29,865 nt of DNA from NCBI GenBank assembly GCA_965649115.1, contig CBFGJN010000018.1, positions 1-29,865 on the forward strand. Reading direction: 5' to 3'. The notes under the pieces are model-generated. The model was not told the origin of the DNA, did not search any database, and was given only the letters and a program-made list of their open reading frames with translations. Positions 10,353 through 19,782 of the stretch are shown piece after piece. This DNA comes from a candidate division WOR-3 bacterium. Lineage in GTDB: Bacteria > Hydrothermota > Hydrothermia > LBFQ01 > DSFT01. The position numbers and the translations under genes are program-made. The stretch's first letter is position 1. The number at the start of each line of letters is the position of its first letter.

Positions 10353-11171
10353 ATGAAAAACAATGACCTTGTTGCTGAAAAATGGAGAGAATATGAGGAA
10401 CAGAATTTACAATTTTGGACGGTTTGGGATTTTGAAGAAAGGGATCCATATAATTGGACAAAAGAAACAATTAGAGGTAATTCTCCAGTCGAGATTGTTA
10501 GGCAGTGTCTATTAAGATGGACAAAAGAGAATGATTTAGTTCTTGACCCTTTTGTCGGCAGTGGAACAACACTTATCGTTTGTGCTAAAATGAAAAGAAA
10601 AGGTATAGGTTTTGAAATAAACCCAAGAATTTATGAATTAGCAAAAAGGAATATAGAAAGTTTAAATTATGAATTATTTGAGTCAAACTACATTGATGAA
10701 TGGATAAAAAAGCAAACTATAATAAATGACAATGCTTTAAGAATTCTGAATTATGTTGAGAAGGAAAGCATTGACTTTGTTTTTGCCCATCCTCCATATT
10801 GGAACTTAATAAAATATAGTGAGATCTATGGAAATGTTGAAGGTGACTTATCAATGCTTTCGCTTGAAGAATTTTTAGAAAACATAAAAAAAGTCTTTGA
10901 AATAATTTATCAAGTTCTAAAAGGTAATAGTTATTTTGCTGTTTTAATTGGTGAGGCTTTTTTGAAGGGCGGAAAAGTTATTCCTCTTGATTACTATATA
11001 ACTGATATAGGACTTAAATTGGGTTTTGAATATGTTGTCAAAATTATAAAAATTACAAGAAATGCTACTTCAAGAAAAAACCAAATAAACATCATGAAAT
11101 ATCGCTCAATAAAATATAACTTCTTTATTTGTAATCATGACTATTTAATTGTTTTCAAAAAAGAAAAATGA
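10353..11171 (+). CDS. Amino (N6-A/N4-C) DNA methyltransferase; true start ATG 10353 (the ORF-track extension runs into the MITE)
   Basis: VLDPFVGSGTT SAM-binding motif followed by FAHPPYW catalytic motif; TAAAAT at 10340-10345, 7 nt upstream. Confidence 0.8.
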   Translation: MKNNDLVAEKWREYEEQNLQFWTVWDFEERDPYNWTKETIRGNSPVEIVRQCLLRWTKENDLVLDPFVGSGTTLIVCAKMKRKGIGFEINPRIYELAKRNIESLNYELFESNYIDEWIKKQTIINDNALRILNYVEKESIDFVFAHPPYWNLIKYSEIYGNVEGDLSMLSLEEFLENIKKVFEIIYQVLKGNSYFAVLIGEAFLKGGKVIPLDYYITDIGLKLGFEYVVKIIKITRNATSRKNQINIMKYRSIKYNFFICNHDYLIVFKKEK

Positions 11172-12070
11172 ACCATAATGAAATTCTTGAAAAGGTTTAT
11201 AATTACTTTTATTCACAAAAAAATTTTAAAATTGTAAGAAGGAATTATGGTGAATTTCCTAAGCCAGATATTTATTTAGAGGACGAAAAAGGAAGAATTT
11301 ATTCCATTGAATGTAAGGGAAGTTATGATAACATGAGAGAGTACATAACAGGTATAGGTCAAGCGGTATGTTATTTATCATTCTCAAATTATTCCTATTT
11401 AGCAATACCTCAAGAGAAAGTAAAAGATTTAGAAAGTTTTTTAGTTATTAACGAGATTGGTTTAATAGCAGTTAGCAATCAAGTTAAAGTAATAAAGGAA
11501 GCAAAATTTAATAACTTGAAATCGAAACCTAAAATTTCAAGAGGTTATGCTTATTACAGAGACTTAAAGTTAAATGAAATAAAAGAAATTTTAAAAATTA
11601 TAAATAGATTTCATGACAAGCCGAAGGAAAAAATAGAACAAAAAATTTGGAATTATCTGAATAAAGAACGTAATATAAAAACTTCAAAGAATTCTTGGAT
11701 ACTTAATATCAAACTATTTTTAAGAGACTTAAACATAATTGATAATAATTTCAAACTAACAAGAACAGGTTATGATTTGTTCTTATCTATTGAAGATGAA
11801 TCTAATTTTAAGAACAGAATCAAATTTTTATTTCTAAATGAAGGAAATTTCAAAGATATTATTTTAATTATTGATGAGCAAAGAAAAAAATTGGTAGAAG
11901 GTTTTAAAGTTGAAAAACTTAGAGAATTAGTCGCAGAGAGATTAGAAAATGAAAAACTTTCAAGAAGTAAAGAAAGTGCCAAAAGAGACTTGAATGATAT
12001 TTTTAGATTATTAAAAGATTTAGAAATTTTAGATGAAAATTATTTTATAAATTGGAAAAATGTTATTTGA
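11168..12070 (+). CDS. Putative PD-(D/E)xK restriction-type endonuclease
   Basis: PDIYLEDEKGRIYSIECKG...GIGQAVCY nuclease motif; ATGA overlap with the MTase; helical C-terminal half. Confidence 0.65.
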   Translation: MNHNEILEKVYNYFYSQKNFKIVRRNYGEFPKPDIYLEDEKGRIYSIECKGSYDNMREYITGIGQAVCYLSFSNYSYLAIPQEKVKDLESFLVINEIGLIAVSNQVKVIKEAKFNNLKSKPKISRGYAYYRDLKLNEIKEILKIINRFHDKPKEKIEQKIWNYLNKERNIKTSKNSWILNIKLFLRDLNIIDNNFKLTRTGYDLFLSIEDESNFKNRIKFLFLNEGNFKDIILIIDEQRKKLVEGFKVEKLRELVAERLENEKLSRSKESAKRDLNDIFRLLKDLEILDENYFINWKNVI

Positions 12071-12090
12071 TTTATAGAATTATTCCGAAA

Positions 12091-12181
12091 TTTGTCCAAT
12101 AAATAGTGTTAAATTATTGATTTTTCGGGGGGATTAATGGGAGGCTTCGCCCCCCAAAGGCAAAAAATGGGGTATTTATAA
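12091..12181 (-). mobile_element. Degenerate, internally deleted MITE copy
   Basis: TTTGTCCAATAAATAGTGTTAA end, GGGAGGCTTCGCCCCCC hairpin, AAAAATGGGGTATTTATAAG. Confidence 0.7.
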
Positions 12182-12325
12182 GAGGTAAGTGATAGGTTTA
12201 AGAAAGTTGAGGAATTTTATAAATGGTTGAGGAGTATTAAAGTTTTGGGGAAAGATGGAGACTTATTATTAAGTCTATTTGATGAAATTTATAAAATTCT
12301 TCATCTTGGACGCAAAATACTTTAA
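12182..12325 (+). pseudogene. Start-less 47-codon coding-like fragment between MITE pieces
   Basis: Open frame EVSDRFKKVEEFYKWLRSIKVLGKDGDLLLSLFDEIYKILHLGRKIL*, preceded in frame by TAA. Confidence 0.35.
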
Positions 12326-12366
12326 AGCCGAAAAGATTAATTATAAGGTTATTTAAGGGGTGAAGC

Positions 12367-12570
12367 AGCTTTGTCTAGTAATTATTGTTAAGTGATTGAT
12401 AATCAATCACTTATAAAAAATTCATTGAAATACTTGAAATAATGGGGGGATTATAGGGGGGCGAAGCCCCCCATAGCCTAAATATGGGAATTTGTAAGCC
12501 GAAGGCTTAATTACAGGGTGGGCGGGCAAAATAAGAAATAATCTATATTTCAGAATTACTAGACAAAACA
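12367..12570 (-). mobile_element. MITE full copy (204 bp)
   Basis: Perfect 9-bp TSD GGGTGAAGC (12358-12366, 12571-12579); hairpins at 12456-12472 and 12496-12508; 12-1-12 palindrome at 12389-12413. Confidence 0.9.
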
Positions 12571-12605
12571 GGGTGAAGCCATTTTTATCCTTTAAAATTT
12601 TCAAT

Positions 12606-13394
12606 ATGAAAGATTGGGCATTAATTCTTGGTTCTTCAAGTGGATTTGGTGCAGCAATAAGTATAGAACTTTCAAGGAGAGGTTATAATATCATTGGTGT
12701 CCATTTTGATACAAAAAGCACAATTGAGAATGCTTATAAAGTAAAGGAAGAAATAGAGAAGAATAACTCTATTGCTTTATTTTTTAATGTTAATGCTGGT
12801 GATGAAAAAAATAGAAAGTTAGTTCTTGATGAGTTTGAAAGTAAGTATCCAAATGAAAAAATTAAAGTTTTTGTTCATTCCATAGCATTTGGAACATTAA
12901 AACCATTTATTGGTGAAAATGTTGAGGACTCAATAAATCAAAAACAGTTAGAAATGACCTTACATTTAATGGGGAATACACTTGTTTATTGGACACAAGA
13001 AATTTTTTTTAGAAAATTATTTAAAATGCCAGGAGCAAGAATATTTGCTATGACAAGTGAAGGAAGTTTAAGAGTTACCAAGTTTTATGGTGCGGTATCA
13101 GCAGCAAAAGCTGTTCTTGAAAGTCATGTTAGACAATTAGCATTAGAATTAGCTCCTTATGGAATAACCGTTAATGCAATTAGAGCTGGTGTTACTGATA
13201 CACCTGCATTAAGGAAAATTCCTGGAAGTGATAAAATGATAGAATTAACATTAAATAGAAATCCATCTAAAAGACTAACGACACCAGAAGATGTAGCAAA
13301 AGCAATAGCTATATTAAGTTCAGAAGATTTATATTGGATGACTGGAAATGTCATAAATGTAGATGGAGGAGAAACGATAACTGGAATTTCATAA
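12606..13394 (+). CDS. SDR oxidoreductase, enoyl-ACP reductase (FabL/FabI-like); true start ATG 12606
   Basis: ALILGSSSGFG, YGAVSAAK (YxxxxxxK), NAIRAGVTDTPAL, TGNVINVDGG. Confidence 0.82.
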   Translation: MKDWALILGSSSGFGAAISIELSRRGYNIIGVHFDTKSTIENAYKVKEEIEKNNSIALFFNVNAGDEKNRKLVLDEFESKYPNEKIKVFVHSIAFGTLKPFIGENVEDSINQKQLEMTLHLMGNTLVYWTQEIFFRKLFKMPGARIFAMTSEGSLRVTKFYGAVSAAKAVLESHVRQLALELAPYGITVNAIRAGVTDTPALRKIPGSDKMIELTLNRNPSKRLTTPEDVAKAIAILSSEDLYWMTGNVINVDGGETITGIS

Positions 13395-13416
13395 ATTTAA
13401 GAAAGGAGGTTAAGAT

Positions 13417-14718
13417 ATGAGAAAGCTAATTTTAACACTTGCTCTTGTTGGATGTGGTGTAACCTACAATGTTAGAGTTGTTGATCAAGCAACAAATCAA
13501 CCTATTGATGCTAATCTAACTGTGAAGAAGCAAGATAAAGTTATAAAGACACAAACAACTAAGGGGGGTCAAGCAAAGATAGGTTTGTCAAAAGGAGAAT
13601 TTACACTTATTGGCGAAAGCAAGAATTACTTTGTTGACTCTACAAAAATAAGTCCCCAAAATAAAGAAATTACACTTGCACTTGAACCTATAAAAAGTCT
13701 CATTATCAGGAGTATAGATGGAAGAACTAAAAATCCCGTTTCTGCTGATGTTGAACTAACTTATCCAGATAACAAAAAAGAAACAAAAAGCGGTGAAATT
13801 GTTCAATTTGACAATTTGAGAAGTGGAAAGTACTCAATAAAAGTTTCAGCAAAGGACTATGAAGAATATAAGCAAGACATTCAATTAACAAAAACTGAAA
13901 CCTTAACTGTTTCGTTAAACTATACAATGACAAATGCTACTATTAAAATTACAGATGATAAAGGTAATCCGATAAAAAATGCAACTGTAAGCTTTAAAGA
14001 TAGTAAGGGAAATGAATATAAAGCAACAACTGATGAAAATGGAAATGCCAAAGTTAGTGTTCCCGCTGGAACGTACACAATAAAAGCAAGTTCAGAAGGT
14101 TATGTTCCAAATGCGAAGGTTGTTCAACTTCAACCTGGTGATACAAGCCTAGATTTGTCAATAGCAAGAAGTGGTATATTTAAGGTTTATTTTGATTTTG
14201 ATAAATCAGATATTAGAAGTGATGCAGATGCAACATTGAAAATTGCTTGTGATTTAATTAAAGAAGTTCAAAGTCAAACAAATAAATTTTCAATAAAAAT
14301 TGAAGGTCATGCTGATCAAAGAGGAACTGATGCTTACAACTTAGCACTTTCTGATAGGAGAGCTAAAAGTGTGTACAATTACCTTATCCAAACATGTGGA
14401 ATAGATAAGAAATATCTAAGAACTTTTGCATTTGGTGAAAGACAACCAGAAGATAAAGAATGTTCAATTAAAAATAAATCAATTTGGGAAAATACTTCTG
14501 ATAATTCCCCAATATATTGGTTTAATTGGAATAGAGATCAAGATTTAAGCAAGGCGAGTCCATGCCAAAAAAACAGAAGAGCTGTTGTTCTTACTAATAG
14601 AACTGATCAAATTAAAAAGGCAAGCTTTGATTATAACTTTGGAAATTATTGTTCAGTTGATGGTGAAATTCAGGGAGATTATAGTGGGGTTATATTAACT
14701 ATTGAATTTCAACAGTAA
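13417..14718 (+). CDS. OmpA-family lipoprotein with N-terminal beta-sandwich (carboxypeptidase-regulatory-like) repeats
   Basis: Lipobox LVGC; VYFDFDKSDI, IEGHADQRGTDAYNLALSDRRA, NRRA OmpA_C motifs; SD AGGAGG. Confidence 0.88.
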   Translation: MRKLILTLALVGCGVTYNVRVVDQATNQPIDANLTVKKQDKVIKTQTTKGGQAKIGLSKGEFTLIGESKNYFVDSTKISPQNKEITLALEPIKSLIIRSIDGRTKNPVSADVELTYPDNKKETKSGEIVQFDNLRSGKYSIKVSAKDYEEYKQDIQLTKTETLTVSLNYTMTNATIKITDDKGNPIKNATVSFKDSKGNEYKATTDENGNAKVSVPAGTYTIKASSEGYVPNAKVVQLQPGDTSLDLSIARSGIFKVYFDFDKSDIRSDADATLKIACDLIKEVQSQTNKFSIKIEGHADQRGTDAYNLALSDRRAKSVYNYLIQTCGIDKKYLRTFAFGERQPEDKECSIKNKSIWENTSDNSPIYWFNWNRDQDLSKASPCQKNRRAVVLTNRTDQIKKASFDYNFGNYCSVDGEIQGDYSGVILTIEFQQ

Positions 14719-14723
14719 TTTTA

Positions 14724-14738
14724 GCCCCCTTTGGGGGC
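14724..14738 (+). terminator. GC hairpin GCCCCC-TTT-GGGGGC after the ompA-like gene (possible terminator or mRNA stabiliser)
   Basis: Perfect 6-bp stem 5 nt after the stop codon; weak U tract. Confidence 0.45.
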
Positions 14739-14747
14739 AATTTAAAT

Positions 14748-15308
14748 ATGAAAAGCATTAAAGAAAAACAAAGAGAATGGAAAAAAAATGAAATTATAAA
14801 TGCTGTTATAGATCTATGTTTAGAAAAAGGAATTGTTGATGTTTCTATTGAAGAAATTGCGAAAAAATCAGGTTTTGGAAATTCATCAATATATTATTAT
14901 TTCAAATCAAAAGATGATATTATAAAAGAGATTTTAATTAGTGGTTGGAAAAAGATGATTTCAAAAATGAAAAGTGTTAATCTAAATTACGATAAACCTT
15001 ATGATAGTTTAATTGAACTTATTAAAGCTCATTTGGAATTTACAAAAGAAAATCCGAAATTATTTAAATTCATATCTAAATTTACAAAGGCAGTTAATAA
15101 TAAAGAAATAAGAAAACTAATTAAGCAAGAGAATGAAATTTACTATTCACTAATAGAAAGTTGTATAAATAAAAATATTCTAAAAGGAGATTTGAAGTTC
15201 ATATACAATTCACTTGCTGGCTCTGTTAGACAAATTGCACAAAATGACGAACTTACAATTGAAGAAAAACTAAATTATATAATTGAGAATCTAAATAAGT
15301 TCAGATAA
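14748..15308 (+). CDS. TetR/AcrR family transcriptional regulator
   Basis: IINAVIDLCLEKG..VSIEEIAKKSGFGNSSIYYYFKSKDDI HTH. Confidence 0.9.
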   Translation: MKSIKEKQREWKKNEIINAVIDLCLEKGIVDVSIEEIAKKSGFGNSSIYYYFKSKDDIIKEILISGWKKMISKMKSVNLNYDKPYDSLIELIKAHLEFTKENPKLFKFISKFTKAVNNKEIRKLIKQENEIYYSLIESCINKNILKGDLKFIYNSLAGSVRQIAQNDELTIEEKLNYIIENLNKFR

Positions 15309-15324
15309 TTTTTTAAATACTTTT

Positions 15325-15377
15325 GGGGTGGGCAAAATATAGTAAAATAAATAATTTCCGAATTACTAGACACAGCA
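15325..15377 (-). mobile_element. MITE remnant (L end only), gene-distal to the 15387 copy
   Basis: GGGGTGGGCAAAATATAG...AATTACTAGACACAGCA followed by CTTTTCAAT. Confidence 0.8.
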
Positions 15378-15386
15378 CTTTTCAAT

Positions 15387-15569
15387 TGCTTTGTCTAGCA
15401 AATAGTGTTAAGTGATTGATAGTCAATAACTTATAAATTTTTTAAAGAAATTATTGAATTTAAGCCCCCCATAGCCGAAAAATGGGTATTTATAAGGCGA
15501 AGCCTTATTCATAGGGTGGGTGGGGAAAATATAGAAATAATCATATTTTTAGAATTACTAGACAAAACA
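15387..15569 (-). mobile_element. MITE copy (183 bp; one arm of the G6/C6 hairpin deleted)
   Basis: Perfect 9-bp TSD CTTTTCAAT (15378-15386, 15570-15578); AAGGC-GAA-GCCTT at 15494-15506. Confidence 0.88.
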
Positions 15570-15599
15570 CTTTTCAATTGCTTTAAAATTTTAATACAT

Positions 15600-16688
15600 A
15601 TGTACACTCCAATTAAAAGAAAAAAAACAAGAGAAGTTAAAATAGGAAAAATTGGTGTTGGTGGCAATAACCCAATTAGAGTTCAATCTATGACTACTAC
15701 AAAAACAGAAGATGTTGAAGCAACTGTTAATCAAATAATTCAATTATATGAAGCAGGGTGTGAAATAGTAAGAGTAGCTGTTCCAAGTAGGAATCATGTT
15801 CAATATGTTAAAGAAATTGTAAAAAGAGTAAATGGTCTTGTTCCTATCGTAGCAGATGTTCATTTTGATTATAAAATTGCTTTAATGGTTGCTGATGTTG
15901 GAGTTGATAAAATTAGAATAAATCCTGGAAATATAGGTGGTTTTCAAAAAGTTAGAGAAGTCATATCAGCATGTAAATCAAATAACATTCCAATTAGAAT
16001 AGGTGTTAATAGTGGTTCTCTTGAAAGAGATTTAATTGATAAATATAATGGTGTTACTGCTGATGCTCTTGTTGAAAGTGCTTTAAGATGGCTTGATTTC
16101 TTTGATAAAGAAGGATATTTAAATGTTGTAGTTTCAGTTAAAAGTGCTATTGTTCCACAAATGATAGAGGCTTATAGAAAGCTATCAGAAAAAACTGATG
16201 TTCCATTACATCTTGGTGTTACGGAAGCAGGAACACCAAAAAGTGGAATTATAAAGTCTGCAATAGGAATAGGCTCATTATTGTACGATGGTATTGGTGA
16301 TACTTTTAGAGTCTCATTAACCGCTGATCCACTAGAAGAGGTAAGAGTTGCTTGGGAAATACTGAAAGCTCTTGGGATTAGAAGTAGAGGGGTAGATATT
16401 ATTGCTTGTCCTACGTGTGGTAGAACGAAAATTGATTTAATAAGTTTAGCTGAAAAAGTTGAAAAAGCTCTTGAAAACGAAAAAATTCCTATAAAGGTAG
16501 CAGTTATGGGTTGTGAAGTAAATGGTCCTGGTGAAGCAAGTATGGCAGATGTTGGAATTGCAGCAGGGAAGGGACAAGGTGTTATATTTAGAAAGGGTGT
16601 TCCTATAAAACGATTAAAAGAAGAAGAATTATTAAATGGACTTCTTGAAGAAATAGAAAAAATTAAGGAAGAAATGGGATATAAATGA
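15600..16688 (+). CDS. ispG: (E)-4-hydroxy-3-methylbut-2-enyl-diphosphate synthase; true start ATG 15600
   Basis: PIRVQSMT, ADVHF, RINPGN, RIGVNSGSL, HLGVTEAG, CPTCGR, VMGCEVNGPGE. Confidence 0.96.
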   Translation: MYTPIKRKKTREVKIGKIGVGGNNPIRVQSMTTTKTEDVEATVNQIIQLYEAGCEIVRVAVPSRNHVQYVKEIVKRVNGLVPIVADVHFDYKIALMVADVGVDKIRINPGNIGGFQKVREVISACKSNNIPIRIGVNSGSLERDLIDKYNGVTADALVESALRWLDFFDKEGYLNVVVSVKSAIVPQMIEAYRKLSEKTDVPLHLGVTEAGTPKSGIIKSAIGIGSLLYDGIGDTFRVSLTADPLEEVRVAWEILKALGIRSRGVDIIACPTCGRTKIDLISLAEKVEKALENEKIPIKVAVMGCEVNGPGEASMADVGIAAGKGQGVIFRKGVPIKRLKEEELLNGLLEEIEKIKEEMGYK

Positions 16689-17908
16689 AAATTCTTGTAA
16701 TAGGTTCGGGTGGTAGAGAAAATGCTATTTTATATAAGCTTAAAAATGAAAACTGTGATCTATATATAACTCCTGGAAATGGTGGAAGTTCAAATTATGC
16801 CAAAAGAATAAAATTAAATAGCTTTGATGATATAAAAAATTTTTGTCTTGAAAATAAAATAGATTTTGTTTTTGTAGGTCCAGAAAATCCGATAGCAGAA
16901 GGAATAACTGATTATCTTGAAAGTTATGATATATTTACAATTGCTCCAAATTTAAAATATGCTTATCTTGAAGCAAGTAAAGGAAAGGCAAAAGAATTTA
17001 TGAAAAAAAACAACATTCCTATTCCAAAATTTGGATATTTTGATAACTATAATTCAGCTTTGGAATTTCTTAAAACATTAAGCCCACCATATGTAATTAA
17101 AGCTGATGGTTTAGCAAGTGGAAAGGGTGTTAGTATTGTAAATGAATTTGAAATTGCTAAAAATGTTTTAAAGGAATATTTTGAAGGTAAGTTTGGTCAA
17201 GCAAGTAAGAAAGTTGTTATTGAAGAATTTATAGATGGTTTTGAAATTTCTGCATTTATTTGTATGGATGGCAAGAACTACAAATTTTTAGGTTATGCAA
17301 AAGACTATAAGAGACTATTAGATAATGACCAAGGACCTAATACGGGTGGAATGGGTTCATATGCTCCTGTTAAGATAGATGAAAATTTACATAACAAAAT
17401 CCTTAAAGAAATTATTGAAAAAACCATTGAAAATATTGAAGGTTATAAAGGTTTCTTATTTTTTGGTCTTATAATAAAAGACAAACAACCTTATGTTCTT
17501 GAATATAATATTAGGCTTGGAGATCCAGAAACACAAGTCCTTTCTTTATATTGGAATTTTAAACTTTCAGAATTATTTTTAGCTATTAAAGAAAAAAATT
17601 TAGATAATTTTAAAATTAGTTTTAAAAATGAACATTTTGTAAATGTTGTTTTAGCTTCAAAGGGTTATCCGTTTGATTTTGTCAAGGGTTATGAAATTAA
17701 AAATCTTGATAAAATAGATGAAAATGAAGTTATTATCTTTCATGCAGGGACAGAATTTAAAGATAATAAATTCATTACAAATGGTGGTAGAGTTTTAAAT
17801 GTAGTTGGTTTTGGTGAAAGTAGGGAATTAGCAAGAGAAAGAGCTTATAAATATGCTCAGATAATTGATTTTGAAGGGAAATTTTATAGAAATGATATTG
17901 GAATTTAA
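16685..17908 (+). CDS. purD: Phosphoribosylamine-glycine ligase
   Basis: MKILVIGSGGRE, VGPENP, KADGLASGKGV, GPNTGGMG, RLGDPETQ, TNGGRVL. Confidence 0.96.
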   Translation: MKILVIGSGGRENAILYKLKNENCDLYITPGNGGSSNYAKRIKLNSFDDIKNFCLENKIDFVFVGPENPIAEGITDYLESYDIFTIAPNLKYAYLEASKGKAKEFMKKNNIPIPKFGYFDNYNSALEFLKTLSPPYVIKADGLASGKGVSIVNEFEIAKNVLKEYFEGKFGQASKKVVIEEFIDGFEISAFICMDGKNYKFLGYAKDYKRLLDNDQGPNTGGMGSYAPVKIDENLHNKILKEIIEKTIENIEGYKGFLFFGLIIKDKQPYVLEYNIRLGDPETQVLSLYWNFKLSELFLAIKEKNLDNFKISFKNEHFVNVVLASKGYPFDFVKGYEIKNLDKIDENEVIIFHAGTEFKDNKFITNGGRVLNVVGFGESRELARERAYKYAQIIDFEGKFYRNDIGI

Positions 17909-18318
17909 ACAATTTTTGAAAGGAAAATAATGAAGGCTCCCCATATTGAAAAATGAATGTACCAAAGTGGTGTCCATTTATAGTTTTTAATTAATAACCA
18001 ATCTGAAAAAAATGGATTTGAATTCAAAATTACATTTATTAAGATAGCTATTTTTAGAGGTTTGTATTTAATTATAAAAAAAATTATAAAAAGTGCTAAC
18101 AAATCAAAGATAGGACCTGCCAAGTAATATCCAATTAAGTTTTTAACATTTATTGCTTTTACATAAATAAAAGGAAATGGAAAAACATTAAAACCTATTC
18201 CAACAATTTTACCACCATTTAATATAGCAAACATCATATGAGATAATTCGTGAAAAATAAGAAGGATTATCATAAAAATAATAGTTTCAATTAGCATATT
18301 CTTTTTTATAATTTTCAA
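17905..18318 (-). CDS. Small membrane metallopeptidase-like protein (M50/site-2-protease-like); last gene of the RiPP operon
   Basis: HELSH (HExxH) in a TM helix, LAGP, NSNPFFSD resembling the NxxPxxxxDG third-ligand motif; overlaps the TPR gene. Confidence 0.6.
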   Translation of the reverse strand: MKIIKKNMLIETIIFMIILLIFHELSHMMFAILNGGKIVGIGFNVFPFPFIYVKAINVKNLIGYYLAGPIFDLLALFIIFFIIKYKPLKIAILINVILNSNPFFSDWLLIKNYKWTPLWYIHFSIWGAFIIFLSKIV

Positions 18319-18925
18319 TTTTTTTATAAACTTCGTTTAGTTTTTCTTTATAGCCTAAATTTTCATAAGCGATAGATAATAAAGATAATGTTTCAATATA
18401 ACCCCACCTTATTGGCCATTTTTTTCCCTTTCCATTTTCAAATAAACTTATAGCTTTATTAAATTCTTCAATAGCTTTATTAGGATTGCCACCAAATGCA
18501 GTTGGTTTTACTGCATATACCAAACCATTAAAATAATATAATCTTGGATTTTCAGGCTCAATTTCCAATGCTTTTCTTAATAGTTGTGTAACTTTTGGAC
18601 CATAAACAAAACCCTCTTTTATATTAATTCCTGCTTTCAATGCATACAAACCTGCCAAGAGTCCTAACCCATCAGCAAATTTCTTATCTACTTCTAAGGT
18701 TCTTTTGATATAGTTTATAGCTTCATTAAGATATTCAAGCCTATTAAATCTATCTTCCATAAAAATTAGATTGAATATACATAACGCAATATAATAATTT
18801 ACAAACTTATCATCATAATTCATATCTTTAAGTTCATTATAAACTTCTTCTAATTTTTTTGGATTATATTCCAAAATTGCTCTTTCAAAATCCAAAACTA
18901 ATTTTGTGAATTTTTCTTCATTCAT
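18287..18925 (-). CDS. TPR-repeat protein in the RiPP operon
   Basis: ALEIEPENPRLYY and AIEEFNKAI TPR-like helices; overlaps both neighbours. Confidence 0.7.
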   Translation of the reverse strand: MNEEKFTKLVLDFERAILEYNPKKLEEVYNELKDMNYDDKFVNYYIALCIFNLIFMEDRFNRLEYLNEAINYIKRTLEVDKKFADGLGLLAGLYALKAGINIKEGFVYGPKVTQLLRKALEIEPENPRLYYFNGLVYAVKPTAFGGNPNKAIEEFNKAISLFENGKGKKWPIRWGYIETLSLLSIAYENLGYKEKLNEVYKKIENYKKEYAN

Positions 18926-19769
18926 TTAAATCAATTTCAATTTTTGGTTTTCCTATAACTGCAACATTTATTACAGACTCAAAATTCGGATTTATATTTA
19001 AAATTTCATCTTCAAGTTTATAATCATTATATCCACCTATCATACACATGCCAAGACCTAATGCTTCAATAGCAAGATGTAGATTTTGAGAAGCAAAACC
19101 AGCTTCCATAACAGCAAATCTATAACCTCTTTCTCCATATTTAAGCATAATTCTTTCAAAGAAAATTGTCATTATTAAAATTGCACTTATATTTTCTGCT
19201 TCAATAGTATATTCTATGTAAAATGCATGTTTTATGTCATCATAAGTTTTAAATTTTTCATTTATGAATTCAAGTGCATGTAAGTCTGGTCTATAATGAT
19301 AAACTCCACTTTCTAAGTCAGAATCCAACAAAATTAAATATATTTCTAATGGATATAAACCTCCTGCTGATGGAACGGTTCTATGGTCAAAAGGTATTTC
19401 GTTATAAACAATTTCTTTCCAAGTTTTACCATATGTATAGTATAAAAACGTTGAAACTTCTTCTTTTGTTAATTTATATTTAATAAATTGCCTTGTGCTT
19501 TTTCTGTTTCTTACTAGCTTATCAAAGCTTTCATTTATTTCTATGGGTTTTGGGAGTTCAAGGACATTAGCATATGGATAGGGTTTTATGGGTTTAGATA
19601 TATTTTTAACCATTTGTGGTAGTAAAAAATAAGCTATATTTCTTCCAAGTATTTGAGAATCTAAATCATTTAATTTGCTATTTTCATGAAAAGTTAAAGC
19701 TTGTGAGTTTTCTATATCAAGCCTTGGAAATCCAATTCTATACTTATCTATAATTTTCTTTATATCCAT
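18918..19769 (-). CDS. SagB/ThcOx-family FMN-dependent azoline dehydrogenase
   Basis: RKSTRQF, RTVPSAGGLYPLEIY, GVYHY, KYGERGYR (Lys-Tyr motif), EAGFASQN; SD GGAGG. Confidence 0.92.
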   Translation of the reverse strand: MDIKKIIDKYRIGFPRLDIENSQALTFHENSKLNDLDSQILGRNIAYFLLPQMVKNISKPIKPYPYANVLELPKPIEINESFDKLVRNRKSTRQFIKYKLTKEEVSTFLYYTYGKTWKEIVYNEIPFDHRTVPSAGGLYPLEIYLILLDSDLESGVYHYRPDLHALEFINEKFKTYDDIKHAFYIEYTIEAENISAILIMTIFFERIMLKYGERGYRFAVMEAGFASQNLHLAIEALGLGMCMIGGYNDYKLEDEILNINPNFESVINVAVIGKPKIEIDLNE

Positions 19770-19782
19770 AATTAACCTCCTT

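Noticed and set aside
10068..12570. Composite transposon of inverted MITEs carrying the MTase/nuclease pair
   Set aside because: Each MITE has its own separate 9-bp TSD and each sits 22 nt from an outward-facing gene's -10 box, so they inserted independently
12560..12598. TAGACA/TGGACA in the MITE end acting as an outward -35 to form hybrid promoters
   Set aside because: Spacing to the -10 box is 27 nt at most loci, too long; only ispG (19 nt) and the mutase (20 nt) approach a usable distance
12422..12604. 60-aa ORF, and the N-terminal extensions of ORFs at 10233, 12573 and 15516
   Set aside because: They run through MITE or TSD sequence; better starts are at 10353, 12606 and 15600
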